Numbered from the stretch's first letter, positions 26,835 through 37,317 are shown. The stretch is DNA of 64,000 nucleotides from Candidatus Microgenomates bacterium (GCA_016784385.1 JADHUT010000001.1:20547-84546), one strand, 5' to 3'. Translations and numbers: made by a program. Notes: generated from the sequence alone by a model not told the origin.

Positions 26835-28286
26835 ATGGGTGATTTTACAAAGTTAACTTCAAAAACCAAAAATATTTCTAAGTGGTACTTGGAAGTAATA
26901 GATAGGGCGAAACTTGCAGATTATGGTCCTGCGAAGGGGACAATGATCATTAGACCTTACGGATATGCAATTTGGGAAAATGTGGTTAGTGCAATGGACA
27001 AAGAAATCAAAAGTTCTGGCGCTGTTAATGCATATTTTCCAATGTTTATACCAAACTCCCTTTTTTCAAAAGAAAAAGACCATGTAGCAGGCTTTGCCCC
27101 AGAAACTGCAGTAGTTACTCACGGTGGTGGTGAGGAACTTGCAGATCCTTTAGTAGTTAGACCAACTTCAGAAATGATTATGTATGACGCATATTCCAGA
27201 TGGATTTCATCATGGCGAGATTTACCACTCGTTATTAATCAGTGGAACAACATTGTAAGGTGGGAAAAAAGAACCTATCCGTTTTTGAGAACAAGTGAGT
27301 TTTTATGGCAAGAAGGGCACGGGGCACATGCCACAAAGAAAGATAATTGGGAAAGAGTTATTTGGGGCATAAAAATGTATGAAAAAATATACAAGGAGTT
27401 TTTTGCACTTGATGGATTAATAGGAACAAAGAGTGAATCTGAAAAATTTGCAGGAGCCCAAGAGACTTTGCCTTATGAAATTTTAGTTGAAGGGGGCAAA
27501 GTCATCCAAAGTTGTACAAGTCATGACTTGGGACAAAACTTTAGTAAGGCTTTGGGAATTTCTTTCCAAGATAAAAATGGAAAAACAGAATATGTGTGGC
27601 AGAATTCCTGGGGTTTTTCAACAAGATCAATTGGTGCACTTGTAATGAGCCATGGAGATGATAAAGGACTAGTGCTTCCACCAAAACTTGCACCAGTAAA
27701 GGTAGTGATAATTCCTATATTGGGTAAAAAAGATACAGAAATACTTAAATATTGTGAAAAGATAAAAGGAAATATAGAAAAGTTGGATAGCGAATTTCCC
27801 GGGGGTGTTGAAATTTCAAGCGATAATGAAAAGAGTTTTGGACATAGAATTAGTGAATCAGAACTTCGTGGAATTCCAATTAAAATCACAGTTGGAACAA
27901 GGGAGTTGCAAGAAAACACTGTAAGTATTGGATTTAGATTAGATGGCATGAAACCAACTATTGCACGAGTTTCTGAGTTATCTGAAAAGACAGAAGAATA
28001 TTTAGTAGATATCCAAGAAAGAATGTTTATAAACTCTGAAGAGTTTTTGAAAGAAAACACATTTGAAGTAAATGATTTTGAAAAATTCAAAAAAATTATG
28101 AAAACAACAAAGGGGCTTATCAAAGCATATTGGTGTGAAGAGAAAGATTGTGAGGAAAAAATAAAAGAGGAAACAAAAGCCACAACAAGATTAAAGAAAT
28201 TAGATGTAAAAAAAGAAAGTGGGGAAAAATGTATTTATTGTAATAAAGTAGCTCATTATTTGTGGTACTTCGCCCAAGCCTACTAA
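26835..28286 (+). CDS. proS: prolyl-tRNA synthetase (archaeal/eukaryote-like type)
   Basis: class II aaRS motifs, C-terminal zinc-binding ProRS domain ending ...YCNKVAHY. Confidence 0.9.
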   Translation: MGDFTKLTSKTKNISKWYLEVIDRAKLADYGPAKGTMIIRPYGYAIWENVVSAMDKEIKSSGAVNAYFPMFIPNSLFSKEKDHVAGFAPETAVVTHGGGEELADPLVVRPTSEMIMYDAYSRWISSWRDLPLVINQWNNIVRWEKRTYPFLRTSEFLWQEGHGAHATKKDNWERVIWGIKMYEKIYKEFFALDGLIGTKSESEKFAGAQETLPYEILVEGGKVIQSCTSHDLGQNFSKALGISFQDKNGKTEYVWQNSWGFSTRSIGALVMSHGDDKGLVLPPKLAPVKVVIIPILGKKDTEILKYCEKIKGNIEKLDSEFPGGVEISSDNEKSFGHRISESELRGIPIKITVGTRELQENTVSIGFRLDGMKPTIARVSELSEKTEEYLVDIQERMFINSEEFLKENTFEVNDFEKFKKIMKTTKGLIKAYWCEEKDCEEKIKEETKATTRLKKLDVKKESGEKCIYCNKVAHYLWYFAQAY

Positions 28287-28331
28287 CATATTCTTGACAG
28301 ATAATTGTACGTATGATAATCTGATTATAAT

Positions 28332-28628
28332 ATGCAATTATTACCTAACATAACGACTTCTACTGAAGTGCAAAGAAATTTTAAAAAAGTAGCTAAAAGG
28401 GCCAAGTCTATAGATGACGCCTTAATTATTTTTGCTAATAATAAACCCGATCTCATCATTGCAGACTATCGTTGGTATGCACATATTGTAGGCCAGGGAA
28501 TGACTAAAAAAAGAAATAAATCTGGAATAGATGCAATTTTTGGAACTTGGAGTAAAAAAGAAGCGAATGAGTTTAACAAATATATTGATGAAGCTTTCGA
28601 ACAAATTAACCCAGAGGATTGGAAATGA
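28332..28628 (+). CDS. Phd/YefM-like antitoxin
   Basis: TSTEVQRNFKKVAKRAKSIDDALIIFANNKPDLII; overlaps vapC by 10 nt; TTGACA at 28294 and TATAAT at 28326-28331 just before ATG. Confidence 0.55.
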   Translation: MQLLPNITTSTEVQRNFKKVAKRAKSIDDALIIFANNKPDLIIADYRWYAHIVGQGMTKKRNKSGIDAIFGTWSKKEANEFNKYIDEAFEQINPEDWK

Positions 28629-29026
28629 CGAGAATTATTCTTGACACTAATGCATATAGTGAATTATGTAAAGGGAATTCCTTTGTAAAAAAAATATTCA
28701 AAAAGGCAAATACAGTATACATTCCGGCAGTTGTGCTTGGAGAACTGTTTTACGGATTCAAACGGGGTAACAAGGAAAACGATAATTTAAATTTACTAAA
28801 AATGTTTTTAGATCAAAAAGGCCTAAAGATTGTTAATATAGATGGGAAAACTGCAAGTATATATGCAGAGATAAAATTGGAGTTGACTAAAAATGGTACA
28901 CCTATTTCAGAAAATGATATTTGGATTGCTGCAAGTGCTATTGAAACTGGTTCAACCGTAATTACTTACGACAAGCACTTTTTAAAAATTCCTAAAATTA
29001 AAGTTTGGAAAAATTTGAAGAAATAA
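28619..29026 (+). CDS. vapC: PIN domain toxin VapC
   Basis: IILDTNAY...E...DIWIAASAIETGSTVITYDKHF PIN acidic residues. Confidence 0.75.
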   Translation: MEMTRIILDTNAYSELCKGNSFVKKIFKKANTVYIPAVVLGELFYGFKRGNKENDNLNLLKMFLDQKGLKIVNIDGKTASIYAEIKLELTKNGTPISENDIWIAASAIETGSTVITYDKHFLKIPKIKVWKNLKK

Positions 29027-29220
29027 ATTATAATTTAATACCTCATCTGTTTGACTCTTCTTAAATCCTCTACCACTAGTTTGATATTGTCTTTTCGTCC
29101 AGGTTCTTTTGTCTTGTGCTCTGTAAGCTCTTTTCTTGTTAGATCAGTGTAGTGTACAGAATCCATTAAAGAGTATCCTCTTGTTAAAAACTTTTTTAAA
29201 AATTATACTGTTTTTAAAGT

Positions 29221-29562
29221 ATGAAAGACTGTATTTTTTGTAAAATAGTGGAGGGAGTAAACCCTGCTAAAAAGGTATATGAAGATGATGACGTTTTGGT
29301 ATTTGAAAACATCAATCCCGTTGCAGAAATTCATTTATTGGTTTGCCCTAAAAAACATATTGAATCTTTTTTGAAAATTGATGAAAGTTTTAGTTTGACC
29401 CCGATGGTTGAAGCTACTCAAAAAATAATTTCGGAAAAAAATATTCAAGAAGGTTATAAACTTGTGTTTAATGGAGGCAAATACCAAACTGTTCCACATT
29501 TACACTGGCATTTGTTAGCAGGAAAATTGGAAGACAATGAAGACGTTTTAAATAAAACATGA
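29221..29562 (+). CDS. HIT family protein
   Basis: histidine triad HLHWHLL. Confidence 0.85.
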   Translation: MKDCIFCKIVEGVNPAKKVYEDDDVLVFENINPVAEIHLLVCPKKHIESFLKIDESFSLTPMVEATQKIISEKNIQEGYKLVFNGGKYQTVPHLHWHLLAGKLEDNEDVLNKT

Positions 29563-29999
29563 TTGCAAATACACTACAAAAACAAATTGGAGATGCAATG
29601 AAAGCTCGTGATAGCGTAAGGGTTTCCACTCTAAAAATGCTTTCAACCGCTTTTGCATATGAAAAAATTGAGGTTAAAAGGGATTTAACAGATGAAGAAG
29701 AATTGGTAATCATTGCCAAAGAAGCAAAAAAAAGGACGGAAGCTGTTGAAATGTATAAAAAAGCTGGAGCAGTTGACAAGGTTGAACAAGAAACTGCTGA
29801 ACTTAAAATTTTAAATGAATATTTACCAGAACAAATGAGCGATACCGACCTTGAAAAATTAGTTGACGGGGCTATTTCCAAACTTAACCCAACAGGAATG
29901 TCTGACATGGGGAAAGTAATAGGAATGGTAAAGGCAAGTGCTGGAGCAACAGCAGAAGGGAGCAAAATTGCGAACATGGTTCGCGAGAAGTTGTCTTGA
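29559..29999 (+). CDS. GatB/YqeY domain protein
   Basis: YqeY family sequence. Confidence 0.75.
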   Translation: MIANTLQKQIGDAMKARDSVRVSTLKMLSTAFAYEKIEVKRDLTDEEELVIIAKEAKKRTEAVEMYKKAGAVDKVEQETAELKILNEYLPEQMSDTDLEKLVDGAISKLNPTGMSDMGKVIGMVKASAGATAEGSKIANMVREKLS

Positions 30000-30385
30000 T
30001 GGTTACTGTATATGTTTCGAAACAAAATCCATATCCAGTAAGTGCTGTAAAAATCAAAAAGTTTATACAAAATTTTTTCCAAAAAGAAGGCATTGTTTCT
30101 GATTCTTTTGTATCAGTTGCGTTAGTTGGAAAAGAAAAAATGAAATCTTTGGCTAAGAAGTATTATCCAACCGACAATAAAGTACACAATGTGTTTTCTT
30201 TTGTTGAGAGTGAAAGTGTGGGGTTTGTTAATCCTAAGGGAGTTGGAATTAACTTGGGAGAAATTGTAATTTGCTATCCAGTCGCAGTGACTGAAGCTTC
30301 AAAAGAAGGGATACTGGTAGAAGAAAGAGTATTGGAATTATTAGGGCATGCTGGTGAACATTTATTAGGGAGGCACCATAAATGA
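29996..30385 (+). CDS. ybeY: endoribonuclease YbeY (rRNA maturation factor)
   Basis: C-terminal HAGEHLLGRHH resembling HxxxHxxGxxH zinc motif. Confidence 0.7.
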   Translation: MMVTVYVSKQNPYPVSAVKIKKFIQNFFQKEGIVSDSFVSVALVGKEKMKSLAKKYYPTDNKVHNVFSFVESESVGFVNPKGVGINLGEIVICYPVAVTEASKEGILVEERVLELLGHAGEHLLGRHHK

Positions 30386-31824
30386 CATTTTATTTAGAAT
30401 ATAGACCAAAAAATATTGATGAATTGGATATTACTTCTGTCCGTGAGTCTTTAGGAAAAATTATTAAGTCTGGCCATATTCCACATGCTTTTTTGTTTGC
30501 AGGACCCAAAGGAACTGGGAAAACTTCTGCAGCAAGGATACTAGCAAAAGTAATAAATTGTGAAGCTAAATTGAAAATTGACAAAAAACCATGCAACAAA
30601 TGCGGGCAATGTAAATCAATTACCAGTGGGACAAATATCGATGTATTGGAAATGGACGCAGCCAGTAATCGTGGGATTGATGACATTAGAGCACTACGAG
30701 ATGTGGTAAAACTCTCACCCGCTTCAGCTCTTGCTAAGGTATACATAATTGATGAAGCCCACATGTTAACAACTGAAGCGTGTAATGCGCTTCTAAAGAC
30801 GCTGGAAGAACCACCAGAACATGTATATTTCATTTTGGCAACTACAAATCCGGAGAAACTAATAGAAACAATTAGAAGTAGAACTACATTAATTTCTTTC
30901 CAAAAAGCTACTAATGAAGAAATAATCAGATCCTTAAAAAGGATAGTGAGAGCTGAAAAAATTAAAATAATAGACAAAAACCTAGATAGTATTGTAAAAA
31001 TATCCAAAGGATCATTTAGAGATGCAGTTAAACTTTTGGAAAGGGTAGTTTCAGAAGGACTAGGATTTTTGAAAGCCGAGAGTGTTAATCTGAAAAGTTT
31101 GCTGGAAGCTATTGAAAGCAGAGATATAAAAAAGATACTTTCGGAGATTTCTTCAAATGTGCAAAACGGAGTTTTGGTTAGTAATTTAATGGAAAGCATC
31201 CTTGATGAGTTGAGATCTGATTTGTTGGCAACTGTTGGAATAGGAGAGAAAAACACCAATCTTTCAAAAACTGATCTTTTGGAGCTTATCAGATTATTAA
31301 TTCAGGCTCACGACGAAATAAAAATTTCCCCCATAGAGCAACTACCACTGGAGCTGGTATTTGTCAGATGGGTAGGTGGTATGGAAGAGGAAGAAGAGGA
31401 GGAGGAAGAAGTAGTGGAAAATCAGAATATGGAAGAAGGAGAAGTTGGAGATGAAATAGAAATAGGAAAAGATACAGAAGTAAAAAAATTAGATGAAACT
31501 ACCTGGAAGAAGTTTTTAGCAGCAGTAAAACCAGTCAATGCTTCAATAGAGGCACTTCTTCGATCTTCTAAATTAATTGGATTTGAGGGAGATGATTTGT
31601 GTCTTGGTGTATATTACAAATTTCACAAAGAAAAACTGGAAGAGTTAAAGACTAAAAAGATTCTGGAAGACATTGCAACACAAATACTTCATAGAAAAAT
31701 TTGCCTTAGATACAATCTTTCAGATCAACCAGAAAAGACCACAGAAGCCGTCACTGAAACTGTGGTGTTGACTGAGGGTGAAGATGAAGATATCATAAAG
31801 GCTGCTGAGGACATCTTTAGCTAA
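30382..31824 (+). CDS. dnaX: DNA polymerase III subunit gamma/tau
   Basis: AFLFAGPKGTGKTS Walker A, clamp-loader AAA+; acidic EEEEEEEEE tract. Confidence 0.9.
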   Translation: MTFYLEYRPKNIDELDITSVRESLGKIIKSGHIPHAFLFAGPKGTGKTSAARILAKVINCEAKLKIDKKPCNKCGQCKSITSGTNIDVLEMDAASNRGIDDIRALRDVVKLSPASALAKVYIIDEAHMLTTEACNALLKTLEEPPEHVYFILATTNPEKLIETIRSRTTLISFQKATNEEIIRSLKRIVRAEKIKIIDKNLDSIVKISKGSFRDAVKLLERVVSEGLGFLKAESVNLKSLLEAIESRDIKKILSEISSNVQNGVLVSNLMESILDELRSDLLATVGIGEKNTNLSKTDLLELIRLLIQAHDEIKISPIEQLPLELVFVRWVGGMEEEEEEEEEVVENQNMEEGEVGDEIEIGKDTEVKKLDETTWKKFLAAVKPVNASIEALLRSSKLIGFEGDDLCLGVYYKFHKEKLEELKTKKILEDIATQILHRKICLRYNLSDQPEKTTEAVTETVVLTEGEDEDIIKAAEDIFS

Positions 31825-31835
31825 AATCAAAAAAC

Positions 31836-32123
31836 ATGTTTAACAAAATGAAACAGGTTGGAGAGCTTAACAAAATGAGGCAAGAGGCCAAAGCACTTCA
31901 GAAAGAATTAGAAAAAATTGTCACCACTTTAGACAAAAATGAATGGGTTGTTTCAGTGGCGGGGGATCAAAAAATTAGATATATCAAAAAGGACGGGGAA
32001 GATCTTGAAGATTTGACAGACTTAATAAACCAAGCCATGAAAAAAGTCCAAAAGGAATCTGCAAAAAAGATGATGGAAATGGGTGGTGGACTTAGCGGTC
32101 TCTTGGGTGGAATGGGGAAGTAA
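31836..32123 (+). CDS. ybaB: nucleoid-associated protein YbaB/EbfC
   Basis: family sequence and dnaX-ybaB-recR synteny. Confidence 0.85.
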   Translation: MFNKMKQVGELNKMRQEAKALQKELEKIVTTLDKNEWVVSVAGDQKIRYIKKDGEDLEDLTDLINQAMKKVQKESAKKMMEMGGGLSGLLGGMGK

Positions 32124-32128
32124 CACCA

Positions 32129-32755
32129 ATGCGTATAGCAAAACCTCTTGCGTCTCTTATAGAATCGTTTGAAAGCCTTCCTGGTATTGGACCCAAGTCA
32201 GCGCAACGCCTTGCATATTATCTTCTTCATGTGCCCCAAACCTACTTGGATGATTTTTCAGAAAATTTAGTGAGACTGAAAAAAGATACAGTTCTTTGCA
32301 AAGTTTGTAAAAATGTATCAGAGACAGATCCGTGCCCTATTTGTGAAGATTCGGGCAGAGACATGTCAGTTTTATTAGTTGTTGAGCAACCACTAGATTT
32401 GATTGCTTTTGAGAGATCTGGAAAATTTAGAGGAGTTTATCATGTGCTACACGGTGCCATTAACCCATTAGATAACATAGGTCCTGATGAAATTTTTGTT
32501 GACGATCTATTTAAAAGACTTGGTGAGAAAAGTGGTATAGAAGAGGTAATAGTTGCCACAAATCCAACAATGGAGGGGGAAGCAACTGCAATGTACATAA
32601 ACAAAAAAATTACAGAATCAAACAAAAAAAATAGAATAACCGGCAAAGCCGTAAAAGTTACAAGACTTGGTATGGGAATACCAACAGGAGCTGATTTAGA
32701 GTATGCTGATGATACAACGCTAACTCAAGCCTTGGAGGGAAGAAGAGAATTGTAA
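32129..32755 (+). CDS. recR: recombination protein RecR
   Basis: HhH LPGIGPKSAQRLA, C4 zinc finger CKVCKN..CPIC, Toprim. Confidence 0.9.
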   Translation: MRIAKPLASLIESFESLPGIGPKSAQRLAYYLLHVPQTYLDDFSENLVRLKKDTVLCKVCKNVSETDPCPICEDSGRDMSVLLVVEQPLDLIAFERSGKFRGVYHVLHGAINPLDNIGPDEIFVDDLFKRLGEKSGIEEVIVATNPTMEGEATAMYINKKITESNKKNRITGKAVKVTRLGMGIPTGADLEYADDTTLTQALEGRREL

Positions 32756-32761
32756 AACAAC

Positions 32762-33307
32762 ATGAACACTACTGCCCAAATAAAACAAACATCAAAACCA
32801 ATTTCTCAATTTAAAAAGTCTGTACAACAAATGGCCCAAGAGCCATTGGAAATTTTAAAAACTGCACAGTCACAAGTATCTGGGAAAGAAGTGGGGTCTT
32901 CAGTCGATGAAATTGGTGTACCACAAGCCAATGAAGGTACAACTTCACAGCAAACAGAACAAAGAAAAACAGATGTAGCAATTAGTGATAATAGAAATTT
33001 AGAAAGTTTGCAAAATGAAATGAGGGAGATAAGAAGGCAAAAACTTTTCAACTCATTGCTTGCCAGAATTCAGGGTGGAGAAGATGTTCCAGTAGAAGAG
33101 TTCCAAGAACTATCACACGAACAAAGAGATGTTTTAAAAGCACAACTAGAGGCTTACAAAAAACGAAGTGCCCAACAGTCTATTCAAAAACCTCTGGTTG
33201 AACCATCTACTAAAAGAGGCAGGGGGTTGGCAGGTTTTGGAAAAAGAAAAACGATGGCAGAAAAACAACAAACCAGGGTTGAAATGCCTCTTCCCCCTTC
33301 AGGGTAG
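32762..33307 (+). CDS. hypothetical low-complexity Q/E-rich protein
   Basis: ORF only. Confidence 0.35.
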   Translation: MNTTAQIKQTSKPISQFKKSVQQMAQEPLEILKTAQSQVSGKEVGSSVDEIGVPQANEGTTSQQTEQRKTDVAISDNRNLESLQNEMREIRRQKLFNSLLARIQGGEDVPVEEFQELSHEQRDVLKAQLEAYKKRSAQQSIQKPLVEPSTKRGRGLAGFGKRKTMAEKQQTRVEMPLPPSG

Positions 33308-33342
33308 TTGAGAATAATCGTCTGGAAATGTAGTATATAGCC

Positions 33343-34746
33343 ATGGGTTTAAAACTATACAATTCTCTTTCAAAAAAAACAGAAGAGTTTACTCCTATTA
33401 AAAAAGGTAAGGTGGGTATTTATTCATGCGGACCAACAGTATATTGGAATCAACATATCGGCCATATGTATGCATATGCTAATTGGGATGTGTTGGTCAG
33501 ATTTTTAAGATATTCAGGATTTGATGTGAAGTGGGTTATGAATATAACAGATGTGGGTCATATGACTTCTGACGAAGACATTGGCGAAGACAAAATGGAA
33601 AAAGGAGCTAAGAGGGAGGGAGTTTCTGTTTGGGATATTGCAGAAAAGTATATAGAGCAGTTTAAAGATTCAATGAAGCTACTGGGGATTTCTTTTCCAG
33701 ATGTATTGTGCCGAGCAACAGAAAACATAGAAGAGCAAATTGCTCTCAACAGCTTAATCGAAAAAAATGGTTATTCATATTTAACCAAGAAAGGTTTAGT
33801 TTTTGACACTGGCAAGTTTGCCGACTATGCAAAGTTTGCAAACTTAAATCTTGATGAAATGAAAAGCCGGGATGATGTGGAAAAGTATCAAGACAAAAAA
33901 AAGGCTTGGGATTTCTTTCTTTGGGCCATTAACCCAAAACACGCCATGTTGTGGGAAAGCCCTTGGGGAGAAGGGTATCCTGGTTGGCATATTGAATGTA
34001 CTGCCATGTCTACTAAATATTTAGGCAAGAAGTTTGACATCCATACCGGCGGGATGGAACACATTGGAGTACACCACACCAATGAAATTGCCCAAGGATT
34101 CGCCGTTTTCGGGGACATGACAGCCAACTATTGGCTTCATAACTCATGGCTTACCAGCTCTGGTGGAACTAAAATGAGCAAAAGCCTTGGAAACTTTGTA
34201 ACTGCGCAGGAACTGGTGGAAAAAGGATATGACCCGTTGTCTATGAGATATTTAATTCTCACGTCACACTATCGAAAGGGCCTGAGTTTTTCGTGGGAAG
34301 CTCTTGATTCAGCCCAAAGTGGCCTTTTTAATTTAAGGAGTCTTTTGAAAAGCGCTAAAAACCAAAAGTCACGAAACACTCTTTCTGATGAAAAACTGAA
34401 AAAGGTTGATGAGTATAGAAAAAGATTCGTGGACTCATTAAACAATGATCTAAACACACCTCAAGCCCTGGCTGTTTTGTGGGAAGTTGTCAAAAGTAGT
34501 ATTCCTTCGGTTGATAAATATGAGTTGGCTATGAGTTTTGACGAAGTTTTAGGTTTAAAGTTAGACCAGGTTGGAACTACAAATAAACTCAGTGGTAAAA
34601 AACAACCAACCAAAAACAAAGACATAGAAAAACTTCTTAAAGAAAGAGAGAAACTAAGAGAGAGTGGAGATTACAAAAAAGCAGACGAAATAAGAGATAA
34701 GTTAGTAATATTGGGTTACGATATAAAAGATAAACCAATGAAATGA
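33343..34746 (+). CDS. cysS: cysteinyl-tRNA synthetase
   Basis: CGPTVY, HIGH-like HIGHMYAY, KMSKS. Confidence 0.9.
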   Translation: MGLKLYNSLSKKTEEFTPIKKGKVGIYSCGPTVYWNQHIGHMYAYANWDVLVRFLRYSGFDVKWVMNITDVGHMTSDEDIGEDKMEKGAKREGVSVWDIAEKYIEQFKDSMKLLGISFPDVLCRATENIEEQIALNSLIEKNGYSYLTKKGLVFDTGKFADYAKFANLNLDEMKSRDDVEKYQDKKKAWDFFLWAINPKHAMLWESPWGEGYPGWHIECTAMSTKYLGKKFDIHTGGMEHIGVHHTNEIAQGFAVFGDMTANYWLHNSWLTSSGGTKMSKSLGNFVTAQELVEKGYDPLSMRYLILTSHYRKGLSFSWEALDSAQSGLFNLRSLLKSAKNQKSRNTLSDEKLKKVDEYRKRFVDSLNNDLNTPQALAVLWEVVKSSIPSVDKYELAMSFDEVLGLKLDQVGTTNKLSGKKQPTKNKDIEKLLKEREKLRESGDYKKADEIRDKLVILGYDIKDKPMK

Positions 34747-34798
34747 TAAGAACTATTAAAAAGATCTTTTTATATGATACAAAGGACAAACCTGCCAG

Positions 34799-35446
34799 AT
34801 GATAAGAGCCTTAGTTTATATTAATTTAGTAGTAACACTTTGTTTAGTTGCCTTTGTTTCCTGGTTTTTTATAGACCAAAGGTCGGTACCACCATCACAT
34901 AACACCAATACATCTATTGAAAAAACGTCAGGTGATACTTCCAATATTGATTCTTGTGGTGAGGAATGCAAAAAACAAATACAGCAGGCTGTTTCATCAT
35001 CTTTAGCCACAATCTCGGCAGACACAAGCCAAGTAGTTGCAACTGCACCAACAGTATCGCCTCCTACAGCAGAAAAAACACAATATGCATATATTCCTCT
35101 TTCCGGGCCTGTAACCACAACTTCCACAGAGTGGACAGATATGCCTGGTACTGATTTTTATTTAAATTTAAATGTTGATTATGGAAAAGATTCATATGTT
35201 ACCTGGGCACCTTCTTTAAAAGTTGCTCATGGTAATGGTGTGGTAGCTGCAAGGATATATGATGTAACAAATAAAATTTCAGTTAATGGAAGTGAAGTGT
35301 CTGTATCTAATGAATCTGATTTAACACAAGTAGAATCTGGATCTTTGAGTTTTTGGGCAGGGAATAATCTGTATAGAGTTCAGCTTAAATCCCTAAATAC
35401 TTTTGAAGTTACATTTGGTAGCGGAAGAATAAAAATTGCCTACTAA
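34799..35446 (+). CDS. hypothetical membrane-anchored extracellular protein
   Basis: single N-terminal TM then S/T-rich region. Confidence 0.45.
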   Translation: MIRALVYINLVVTLCLVAFVSWFFIDQRSVPPSHNTNTSIEKTSGDTSNIDSCGEECKKQIQQAVSSSLATISADTSQVVATAPTVSPPTAEKTQYAYIPLSGPVTTTSTEWTDMPGTDFYLNLNVDYGKDSYVTWAPSLKVAHGNGVVAARIYDVTNKISVNGSEVSVSNESDLTQVESGSLSFWAGNNLYRVQLKSLNTFEVTFGSGRIKIAY

Positions 35447-35486
35447 TCCAAAGAACTTTTTTTAATTACAAAGTAATCTGTTTTTC

Positions 35487-35834
35487 TTACAAAGCAATTT
35501 TTTTGATTGAGAAATTTGACTTGATAGGTTTTGGCTTACTAGTTGAAATTACCCCAACAAAATCAATCAATGGATATTTTTTTCGTACCTCTGCCATAAA
35601 CTTTTCAGACAATTTGCTGGTGTAACCACCAAAACCTGCCTTTTCAGATTGACTGCAAAGCTTTGTCTCCCAACTGCGAATCACATCCATAATCTTTTCA
35701 CCTTCAATATTAAACTCCGCTTGTAAACCATTTTGGTCCAGGGCGTATCTGTCATACATTTTTTCAAATTCCAAAAATAACTCTTTTTCTGACTCTAACA
35801 TCCTGTTGAAATAGTCTTTAAATTTTGTTGCCAT
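35487..35834 (-). CDS. hypothetical protein
   Basis: start set at internal Met (MATKFKDYF...). Confidence 0.35.
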   Translation of the reverse strand: MATKFKDYFNRMLESEKELFLEFEKMYDRYALDQNGLQAEFNIEGEKIMDVIRSWETKLCSQSEKAGFGGYTSKLSEKFMAEVRKKYPLIDFVGVISTSKPKPIKSNFSIKKIAL

Positions 35835-35899
35835 AATGTCTGTAACCATTAAAGCTAATCTAGTGCTTGATAACAAGAGTTGAAATGTGTCATGATTAG

Positions 35900-36574
35900 A
35901 TGTATATGGCAGAAGAAACAATTAATGTTGTTGGCACCACGGCTCCAAAAGTGGACAAAAAACCAAATTTCAAAATTATGGGCGCAATTATTGGAATTGT
36001 TGTTTTGGCCATTGGGGTTATTGCTGGAATTATCTTGGTTCGCCAACAGCAAGATATAAGAGAAAAAGCCCAATGTGTTGAGCAATGTCCAGGTTCTGAT
36101 GGGGTTTTGCGAAATTGTAGTGAGCCAATAATTGATCCTGCAAATCTACAAAGTATATGTAACTTGGCTGGAAGAATAGAATATTGCGGTGGTGCACGGT
36201 TTTGTTGTCCATCTGCAGGAGGCGATTGGACCTCCAATCTATCGCTTTGTCCTCAATCTACTTCTACCCCTACAGCAACTGCCACTGCCACATCCACCGC
36301 TACTGCAACAAGCACATCTAGTGGATCTTCATCTCCTACAGCAACATCAACAAGCACATCTAGTGGATCTTCATCTCCCACAGCAACATCAACAAGCACA
36401 TCTAGTGGATCTTCATCTCCTACAGCCACCTCCACAGCAACAAGTACATCAACTTCTTCTGGTTCAACTGCAACACCATTCCCGGTTCCTGATACTGGTT
36501 CTTCACTACCTACAATTTTTGGTATGGGTGCTGGTATTTTGATAATAGTTGCATCATTGTTCCTCGCACTATGA
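35900..36574 (+). CDS. cell-surface protein: N-terminal TM, 8-Cys domain, Ser/Thr-rich tandem repeats, C-terminal hydrophobic anchor
   Basis: TSTSSGSSSPTATS x3; C-term VPDTGSSLPTIFGMGAGILIIVASLFLAL. Confidence 0.55.
   Translation: MYMAEETINVVGTTAPKVDKKPNFKIMGAIIGIVVLAIGVIAGIILVRQQQDIREKAQCVEQCPGSDGVLRNCSEPIIDPANLQSICNLAGRIEYCGGARFCCPSAGGDWTSNLSLCPQSTSTPTATATATSTATATSTSSGSSSPTATSTSTSSGSSSPTATSTSTSSGSSSPTATSTATSTSTSSGSTATPFPVPDTGSSLPTIFGMGAGILIIVASLFLAL
36309..36434 (+). repeat. 42-bp in-frame tandem repeat x3 inside the surface-protein gene
   Basis: acaagcacatctagtggatcttcatctcc(t/c)acagcaacatca repeated. Confidence 0.85.
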
Positions 36575-37317
36575 CGGATATCATAAATATAACCCTTCTT
36601 GCCCTACTAGGTAGTGTTATTGCTCTTCTGGGGGGTATTGTATTTTTATACAATAAAAAACTCTCTGCTGTTTTAGAAAAATATTCTGTATCTTTTGCGG
36701 CTGGGGTGTTAGTTACGGTTTCATTAATAGGACTTCTTCCTGAAGCAGTTCACATACTAGGTGAAAATGCCTTTTGGGTGATGACGATAACATTTTTATC
36801 AGTATTTCTGTTTGAACATGTTTTTTTTGGAATTCATCATCATGATGATGAACATCATGTGAGAGGTAAGGAATTTTCAACTTTTTTTGTGATTGTGGGG
36901 GACACCATTCACAATTTTATAGACGGAATTGCAATTGCTGTGACTTATTTTGTTTCACCGGGGCTAGGATTTGTAACTGCACTTTCTACATTCCTGCATG
37001 AAGTACCTCATGAAATTGCAGACTTTGGAATTTTGCTGAAGTCTGGTTGGAGTAAAAAACGAATAATAATTATTAATTTAATATCTGCTTCAATGACAAT
37101 AGTTGGAGCACTCTTGGTTTACTTTTATAATGACAATACAATCCTTAATGGAACTTTAATGGCAGTTTCTGCTGGAATATTTCTATACTTGGGAGCTTCT
37201 GACTTTTTACCAAAAATTGAGACTGAAGGAAAAAACAAATTCAAGTCTATTCTTCCACTTGTACTTGGGGTAGTTGCCATGATGTTGACTTTCAAGCTTA
37301 TTCCTCACGGTCACTAA
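36571..37317 (+). CDS. ZIP family metal (zinc) transporter
   Basis: His-rich loop HHHDDEHH; HEVPHEIADFGIL motif. Confidence 0.8.
   Translation: MTDIINITLLALLGSVIALLGGIVFLYNKKLSAVLEKYSVSFAAGVLVTVSLIGLLPEAVHILGENAFWVMTITFLSVFLFEHVFFGIHHHDDEHHVRGKEFSTFFVIVGDTIHNFIDGIAIAVTYFVSPGLGFVTALSTFLHEVPHEIADFGILLKSGWSKKRIIIINLISASMTIVGALLVYFYNDNTILNGTLMAVSAGIFLYLGASDFLPKIETEGKNKFKSILPLVLGVVAMMLTFKLIPHGH

Noticed and set aside
36520-36574. Canonical LPXTG sortase signal
   Set aside because: Motif is VPDTG with no basic tail; reported only as LPXTG-like.
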